In this document: positions 17,878 through 24,000 of the stretch, in pieces
Numbering within the stretch: the stretch's first letter is position 1
Layout: every line of letters starts with the position of its first letter
Origin: Clostridiales bacterium Firm_10
GTDB taxonomy: Bacteria > Bacillota > Clostridia > Christensenellales > Aristaeellaceae
DNA length: 24,000 nt
Assembly: GCA_001603025.1 (NCBI GenBank)
Contig: LVAP01000090.1
Span: 6,870-30,869, forward strand
Reading direction: 5' to 3'
Made by a program: the position numbers and the translations under genes
Notes under the pieces: generated by a model
The model's database searches: none
Seen by the model: the letters and a program-made list of their open reading frames with translations, nothing else
Told to the model about the DNA's origin: nothing

Positions 17878-17917
17878 AAAACCGCGCGCGGCGGCTGGCC
17901 GCGCGCGGTTTGCTTTT
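17878..17917. terminator. bidirectional intrinsic terminator shared by the convergent GH38 and rsgA genes
   Basis: Perfect 14-bp stem AAACCGCGCGCGGC (17879-17892) with GCCGCGCGCGGTTT (17898-17911). Flanked by an A-run upstream and TTTGCTTTT downstream. Confidence 0.85.
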
Positions 17918-17929
17918 CATTCATCCCCT

Positions 17930-18940
17930 TCAGCGTTTCCCTTCCCGCTGCCGCTTCACCCGGGCCGTCGCCCGGGCCTGGCGGCGCAGCGCCAGGTAAT
18001 TGCTCAGGCGTCCCTCGTCCAGCCGGCCTTCTTCCAGCGCGGCCCGCACGGCGCAGCCCGGCTCACTCTCGTGCCGGCAGTCCGAAAACCGGCAGGCCGC
18101 CGCCAGCGCCTCGATGTCCTCGAAAGCCTCCGCCACGCCGGCCTCGGCGTCCCACACGCCGAGCTCCCGCATGCCGGGCGTGTCGATCACCAGCGCCCCG
18201 CAGGACAGACGCACGAGCTGGCGGTGCGTGGTGGTGTGGCGGCCCTTGGCACTGTCCACGCCGCGGGTTTCATTCACGCGCATCACGTCCTCGCCCGCCA
18301 GCGCGTTGAGCAGGCTCGATTTGCCCACGCCGGACATGCCTAAAAGCGCCAGTGTCGCGCCCGGCCTCACATACGGGGCCAGCGCCTCCAGCCCCGCGCC
18401 GGTTTTTGCCGAAACCGCAAGCACTGCCGCGCCGCGGGCGATGGTTTCCGCCGTTCGGATGCAGTCCGCAGGGGCGCCGCAGAGATCCGCCTTCGTGAGC
18501 ACGATCACCGGTTCCGCGCCGCTTTCCAGCGTCTGGGCGAGGTAGCGTTCCAGCCGCCGCGCGTTGAAATCCCGGTTCATCGAGGTGACGATAAAGGCAT
18601 AATCGACGTTTGCCGCCACGGCCTGCACGCCGCGCGGGCCGAAGGCGTCCGAACGGGCAAACAGGCTCCGGCGCGGCAGCGTGCGCACGATCTGCCCGTC
18701 GCCGCCCGGGACAGGCCGCAGCAGCACGAAATCGCCCACCGTGGGATAGTCCGCGGCGTGCCGGTCACGATACGCGCCGGCCTTGAGCCGGGCATATCCC
18801 TCCCCGCCCTCGCCGATCACGCCAAAGCGCTCCCGGTGTACGCTGACCACGCGGGCGGGCAGCGCGCCGAAAGGGGCGTTTTTCAGTTCCTGTTCATAGT
18901 ATCCGGGGTCAAATCCATAGTCCATGAGATGATTCAGCAT
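17930..18940 (-). CDS. rsgA: ribosome small subunit-dependent GTPase A
   Basis: 336 aa from MLNHLMDYGF. Circularly permuted GTPase motif order: LTKADL (G4), GMSGVGKSSLLNAL (G1), DTPG (G3). C-terminal zinc knuckle CRFSDCRHESEPGC. RBS GGAGG 6 nt before ATG 18940. The 19018 start in the ORF track is probably an over-extension. Confidence 0.92.
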   Translation of the reverse strand: MLNHLMDYGFDPGYYEQELKNAPFGALPARVVSVHRERFGVIGEGGEGYARLKAGAYRDRHAADYPTVGDFVLLRPVPGGDGQIVRTLPRRSLFARSDAFGPRGVQAVAANVDYAFIVTSMNRDFNARRLERYLAQTLESGAEPVIVLTKADLCGAPADCIRTAETIARGAAVLAVSAKTGAGLEALAPYVRPGATLALLGMSGVGKSSLLNALAGEDVMRVNETRGVDSAKGRHTTTHRQLVRLSCGALVIDTPGMRELGVWDAEAGVAEAFEDIEALAAACRFSDCRHESEPGCAVRAALEEGRLDEGRLSNYLALRRQARATARVKRQREGKR

Positions 18941-18977
18941 TCTCTTCCTCCTGAAAATCATGTCGTTCATGCACAGC

Positions 18978-19015
18978 AAAACGGCAGGCCGCCCTTGAGG
19001 ACATGCCTGCCGTTT
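18978..19015 (-). terminator. intrinsic-terminator-like hairpin in the rsgA 5' leader
   Basis: Minus strand: AAACGGCAGGC, 15-nt loop, GCCTGCCGTTTT. The stem is 11 bp, 8 of them GC-rich. It ends 37 nt before the rsgA start codon. Confidence 0.6.
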
Positions 19016-19193
19016 CATATCGAAACCGACGCGTCGGGCCAGAGGCCCGCGCGCCCCGCACGCTGTACAAAGGTTCCTGAGAGCGCCGCAAAAAGCGCGG
19101 CTTATGCGATTTTACCGGGTCGATCCCCCATTCATCATTTTCCGCATAAAACATCTCTCCCTTCGACATGAATTTCAGTTCTTCCAAGTCAAC

Positions 19194-19222
19194 ATTTTAG
19201 CATAAGCCGGGCGAGTGCGCAA
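19194..19222 (-). promoter_or_regulatory. candidate extended -10 promoter for the rsgA leader
   Basis: Minus strand: TTGCGC (19222-19217), 17-nt spacer, TGcTAAAAT with -10 at 19199-19194. It sits between the gpmI terminator and rsgA. Confidence 0.55.
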
Positions 19223-19252
19223 GCCGCTCCGCGAATTTCTGGAGAAATGCGC

Positions 19253-19290
19253 AAAAAACAGGGAGACTGTCAGGGCAGTCTCCCTGTTTT
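19253..19290 (-). terminator. intrinsic terminator of the pgk-tpiA-gpmI operon
   Basis: Perfect 11-bp stem CAGGGAGACTG (19259-19269) with CAGTCTCCCTG (19276-19286). On the minus strand it is followed by TTTTTT (the A-run at 19253-19258). It lies 16 nt after the gpmI stop. Confidence 0.88.
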
Positions 19291-19305
19291 CCAGTGGCGC
19301 AGCAA

Positions 19306-20825
19306 TCAGAACAGGCTCACGCCGGTCATTTCCTTCGGCTGGGGCATACCCATCAGCTTCAGCATGGTAGGACAGAGGTCGCACAGCTTGCCGCCCTGGC
19401 GCAGCTCATGCTTTGGGCAGGCGGGATCAATTACGATGGCGGGCACCGGGTTGGTGGTATGGGGCGTGAAGGGCTCGCCGGTCTCATAGTTGATCATCTG
19501 GTCGGCGTTGCCGTGATCCGCGGTGATGATGGCCTTGCCGCCCTTGCTGACCAGCAGGTCAACCACGCGGCCCACGCAGGTATCCACGGCCTCGACGGCC
19601 TTGATGGCCGCTTCCATGACGCCGGTGTGGCCCACCATGTCGCAGTTGGCGTAATTCAGGATGATGACGTCGTACTTCTCCGAATTGATGGCTTCCACCA
19701 CCTTGTCGGTCACTTCGTAGGCGCTCATCTCGGGCTTCAGGTCGAAGGTGGGCACGTCGGGAGACGGCACCAGGATGCGGTCCTCACCCTTGAACTGGCG
19801 CTCTTCGCCGCCATTGAAGAAGAACGTGACGTGCGCGTACTTCTGCGTCTCGGCGATGCGCAGCTGGGTTTTGCCGTTTTTGGCCAGATACTCGCCCATG
19901 GTCATCGTCAGCTGCTCCGGCGGATAGGCCACCAGCACGTTCGGCATGGCGGCGTCGTACTGCGCCATGCACACGTAAGTCACGGGGAAGAAGCCGTTGC
20001 GGCGCTCAAATCCGTTGAAGTCCGGATCCACGAAGGTGCGGGTGATCTGGCGCGCGCGGTCCGGGCGGAAGTTGAAGAACACGATGGAATCGTTGGCCTT
20101 GATCATGCCTTCCTTGCGGATCACGGTGGGGATCATGAACTCGTCGGTCACGCCCGCGGCGTAGCTGTCCTCGATGGCCTTCACGGCGTCGTCCGCCTGA
20201 TTGCCTTCGCCGTAAACCATGGCGGCGTAGCCCTTCTCAACGCGGTCCCAGGCCTTGTCGCGGTCCATGGCGTAGTAGCGGCCGCCCACGCTGGCCACGG
20301 TACCCACGCCCAGCTCCTCCATGCGGTCGCGCACGGTCTTCACGAAGCCCGCGCCGGAGGTGACGGACACATCGCGGCCATCCAGCAGCGCGTGCAGGTA
20401 GACCTTCTTCAGGCCATGACGCGCAGCCAGCTCGATGAGGCCCATGATGTGGTCCATGTGGCTGTGCACGCCGCCGTCGGAAACCAGGCCGATCAGGTGC
20501 AGCGCGGAATCGTGCGCCTTGCAGTTCTCAACCGCCTGCAGCAGCGCCTTGTTCTCGAAGAACACGCCGTCCTGGATGTCCTTGGTGATCTTCACCAGCA
20601 TCTGATAGACCACGCGGCCCGCGCCGATGTTGGTATGGCCCACCTCGCTGTTGCCCATCTGGCCGTCCGGCAGGCCCACGTTGAGGCCGGAAGCGCCGAT
20701 CTCGGTCACGGAATACTCTTTCCGGTAGCGATCGAGGTTGGGCGTTTTCGCGGCGTAGATGGCGTTGCTCTTGGGATCGGGACGGCCGTTGCCGAAGCCG
20801 TCCATGATGATAAGCGCGGTGGTCA

Positions 20826-20826
<1 letters not shown>
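19306..20826 (-). CDS. gpmI: 2,3-bisphosphoglycerate-independent phosphoglycerate mutase
   Basis: 506 aa. LIIMDGFG, MGNSEVGHTNIGAGR, SDGGVHSH and ITADHGNAD motifs. The start overlaps the tpiA stop by 1 nt (TGATG). Confidence 0.96.
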
Positions 20827-21572
<746 letters not shown>

Positions 21573-21629
21573 GGTAATTACCTCCACTTAACTCTTATAA
21601 TCAAATCTTAAAGCATATCCCATACAGGT

Positions 21630-21658
21630 TTCAAGGCGCACAGTATGTGCGCCTTGAA
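21630..21658 (-). other. intercistronic stem-loop between pgk and tpiA
   Basis: Perfect 13-bp inverted repeat TTCAAGGCGCACA, 3-nt loop, TGTGCGCCTTGAA. There is no U-tract on the sense (minus) strand. Confidence 0.6.
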
Positions 21659-21681
21659 GCTCCTGTCAATTGCCGATGGAA

Positions 21682-22983
21682 TTACTTGTCGTTCAGGGCC
21701 GCCACGCCGGGCAGGGTCTTGCCTTCCAGGTATTCCAGGGAAGCGCCGCCGCCGGTGGAAATGTGGGTCATCTTGGAAGCCAGGCCCATCTGCTGCACGG
21801 CCGCCGCGCTGTCGCCGCCGCCGATGATGGTCACGGCATCGCTGTCCGCCATGGCCTGAGCCACGCCCAGGGTGCCCTTGGCCAGGGTGGGATTCTCAAA
21901 CACGCCCATGGGGCCGTTCCAAACCACGGTCTTGGCGGCCTTCACGGCGGCGCCAAAGAGCTCCACGGTCTTGGGTCCGATGTCGCAGCCCTGCATGTCG
22001 GCGGGAATCTTGTCAGAATCCACGATCAGCGTGTCGATGGGGGCGTCGATGGGGTTCGGGAATTCTTTCACGCACACGGAATCGATGGGCAGAAGCAACT
22101 TCACGCCTTTTTCTTCGGCCTTCTTCATCATATCCTTGCAATAGTCGATCTTGCTCTCATCCAGCAGGGATTCGCCCACTTCGTAGCCCTTGGCCTTGAG
22201 GAAGGTGAAGGCCATGCCGCCGCCGATGATCAGGGTGTCAACCTTTTCCAGCAGGTTGTTGATCACGTTCAGCTTGTCTTCGATCTTCGCGCCGCCCAGC
22301 ACAGCCACGAAAGGCCGGTCAGCGTTTTCCAGGGCCTTGCCCATGATGCGCAGTTCCTTCTCGATCAGGAAGCCGCACACCGCGGGCAGATAATGGGTGA
22401 CGCCCTCGGTGGAAGCGTGAGCGCGGTGGGCGGTGCCAAACGCGTCGTTCACGTAGATCTCAGCCAGGGAAGCCAGCGCCTTGGCGAATTCGGGATCGTT
22501 CTTTTCTTCTTCCGCATGGAAGCGCAGGTTCTGCAGCACCATCACCTGGCCGGGCTTCAGCGCGGCGGCCTTGGCCTGGGCGTCGGGACCGATCACGTCT
22601 TCCGCCATGGCCACTTCCTGGCCCAGCAGCTCGCTCAGGCGCTTGGCGACGGGCGCCAGGCTGAACTTCTTCACGTCGCCCTTGGCCTTTTCCAGGGCTT
22701 TTTCGGTGGCGGCGGCCCGCTCTTCTTCAGGCAGGGCTTCGATCTTGGCTTTTTCCTTCTTGTTCAGCTTCAGGGTGCTGTTGAACACGTTGTGGGGCTT
22801 GCCCATATGGCTGCACAGGATCAGGGCGGCGCCGTTGTCGATCAGATACTGAATGGTGGGCAGCGCGCCGTTGATGCGGTTTTCGTCGGTGATGCGTTCG
22901 CCGTCCATGGGCACGTTGAAGTCGCAGCGCATGAGAACTTTCTTGCCTTTAACGTCGATGTCCTTCACGGTCTTCTTGTTCAT
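21682..22983 (-). CDS. pgk: phosphoglycerate kinase (with an extra charged segment after the SHMGKP motif)
   Basis: 433 aa from [51 protein letters not shown] and [15 protein letters not shown] motifs. RBS GGAGG 7 nt before ATG 22983. Confidence 0.96.
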   Translation of the reverse strand: MNKKTVKDIDVKGKKVLMRCDFNVPMDGERITDENRINGALPTIQYLIDNGAALILCSHMGKPHNVFNSTLKLNKKEKAKIEALPEEERAAATEKALEKAKGDVKKFSLAPVAKRLSELLGQEVAMAEDVIGPDAQAKAAALKPGQVMVLQNLRFHAEEEKNDPEFAKALASLAEIYVNDAFGTAHRAHASTEGVTHYLPAVCGFLIEKELRIMGKALENADRPFVAVLGGAKIEDKLNVINNLLEKVDTLIIGGGMAFTFLKAKGYEVGESLLDESKIDYCKDMMKKAEEKGVKLLLPIDSVCVKEFPNPIDAPIDTLIVDSDKIPADMQGCDIGPKTVELFGAAVKAAKTVVWNGPMGVFENPTLAKGTLGVAQAMADSDAVTIIGGGDSAAAVQQMGLASKMTHISTGGGASLEYLEGKTLPGVAALNDK

Positions 22984-23064
22984 GATGGGACCTCCTTCAA
23001 TGAAATGCTTTCTTAGATGCGCGCCGCGGCGGCTGCCGCTCCGGCGCAAATGCCTTACCAATTA

Positions 23065-23093
23065 ATCATACCACAGTTTCCATGAGCTGGCAA
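23065..23093 (-). promoter_or_regulatory. sigma-A type (extended -10) promoter of pgk-tpiA-gpmI
   Basis: Minus strand: TTGCCA (23093-23088), 17-nt spacer, TGgTATGAT with -10 at 23070-23065. It lies in the 158-bp gap between the cggR stop and the pgk start. Confidence 0.7.
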
Positions 23094-23141
23094 AGGTTTT
23101 TTTGCAAATTCGGGCTGCAAAGCGCCCGTTTCGGCAAAAAA

Positions 23142-24000
23142 TCACATCACCTTCATGATTTCCCGGGCCGCGCCTTCGTCGATCACCAGCAGCTCGTGGT
23201 GATGGTGCCGCATGACCGCGATCACCGCCCGCGCCTTGATCGCGCCTGCCGCAATGGCCACCACGTGCGGCACCTGCCGCAGCTCCTCGCCGCTCAGGCC
23301 CACCTCGCTGGCCTGGAACACCAGCCGACCATCCGCGCCGAAGTAGTTGCCCACGGCTTCGCCCACGGCACCCCGGCTCAGGATACCCCTGATCTCCGCC
23401 TCCGGAAGCGAGCGGCTGGCCGCCATGACCTCCGCCCGGCCGATCCCGTAGAGCAGCACGTCGGTGTGGTGCAGCGCGCGAATGGTTTCTCTCACCTCGG
23501 GCATCACCAGCAGCGCCTTCAGCGCGTCCGGCGAGATCTGATCCGGCACGTGCAGCAGCGAATGCCGCCCGCCCAGCGCGCGCGCGATTTCCGCGGCCAG
23601 CGTGCCGGCCTGGGTTTCCAGCGCCATGCCGAGGCCTCCGCGCGCTGGAAGCACATGCACGTTCAGCCGGTGCGTCCCCCGCGGCATGGCCTGTGCCACC
23701 GCCGCCACGCTCGTGCCGCCGGACACAGTGAGCGTCATGCCATCCCTGAGCAGCGCCGTCAGGTGACGCGCCGCGAGGCGGCCCGCCTCATGCAGCACCT
23801 CGGGATCGAGGTCCGCGTTGCCGGGCACGATGCACACGCGACCCACGTTCAGCGCCCGCGTGAGCGCATTCTCCAGCGTGCTGAGCCCGCTGAGCGCGTG
23901 CACCAGCTCCCGCGCGCCGGGCAGTGCCGCCGTCCCCTTTTCTGAGAGCGTCATGCCGGAGGCGGCCACGGCGAGAAAGCCGTCGTCCTTGAGCCGGTCG
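23142..24000 (-). CDS. cggR: central glycolytic genes regulator CggR (SorC family), N-terminus outside window
   Basis: SorC/DeoR sugar-binding effector domain (VSGGTSVAAV, LLYGIGRA, VGEAVGNYF, VVAIAAGAIKARAVIAV). The frame stays open past the listed Met to the window edge (DRLKDDGFLAVAASGM...). The context is immediately upstream of glycolytic genes. Confidence 0.85.
   Translation of the reverse strand, partial: DRLKDDGFLAVAASGMTLSEKGTAALPGARELVHALSGLSTLENALTRALNVGRVCIVPGNADLDPEVLHEAGRLAARHLTALLRDGMTLTVSGGTSVAAVAQAMPRGTHRLNVHVLPARGGLGMALETQAGTLAAEIARALGGRHSLLHVPDQISPDALKALLVMPEVRETIRALHHTDVLLYGIGRAEVMAASRSLPEAEIRGILSRGAVGEAVGNYFGADGRLVFQASEVGLSGEELRQVPHVVAIAAGAIKARAVIAVMRHHHHELLVIDEGAAREIMKVM

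Noticed and set aside
18909-19187. 92-aa minus-strand ORF (MEELKFMSKGEMFYAENDEW...) in the rsgA leader, running out of frame into rsgA.
   Set aside because: The RBS is weak or absent. The C-terminal half is Arg-rich wrong-frame-like sequence that overlaps the rsgA RBS and start. The RNA structure interpretation fits better.

Overview
High-GC (about 65%) Firmicutes/Clostridia-type chromosome segment, shown by GGAGG-type RBSs, a T-box leader, a long-form HPF, a CotH protein and a cggR-linked glycolytic operon. It reads as core housekeeping genome, not an accessory island. I found no tRNA or rRNA genes, CRISPR array, transposase, integrase or recognisable defence genes.

Gene order:
- 5'-truncated LTD-CotH protein (+)
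- sigma-A-type promoter, Tyr T-box leader, then tyrS, a YigZ/IMPACT-family gene and a P-loop kinase (+)
- ECF sigma factor and zf-HC2 anti-sigma factor (+)
- promoter, then ABC ATPase, ABC-2 permease, GldG-like auxiliary protein and truA (+)
- rnr plus a 289-aa unknown protein (+)
- hpf (-)
- GH38 alpha-mannosidase (+)
- rsgA (-)
- gpmI, tpiA and pgk (-), preceded by a 3' part of cggR (-) that runs off the window

Most long ORFs antisense to these genes are GC-driven shadow ORFs.

I did not find a clear multi-gene novel system. The observations most worth follow-up are:
1. A promoter followed by a roughly 200-nt structured, ORF-less leader that ends in an intrinsic terminator just upstream of rsgA. 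This could be an unassigned riboswitch, attenuator or sRNA.
2. An ABC-2/GldG-like transporter whose ATPase has non-canonical residues at the Q-loop, signature and H-loop positions, and which is packed directly against truA.
3. A repeat-containing structured leader upstream of hpf.
4. A 43-residue charged segment in PGK where B. subtilis Pgk has about 8.
5. cggR abutting pgk with no gapA between them.
6. An unknown gene occupying the slot after rnr.
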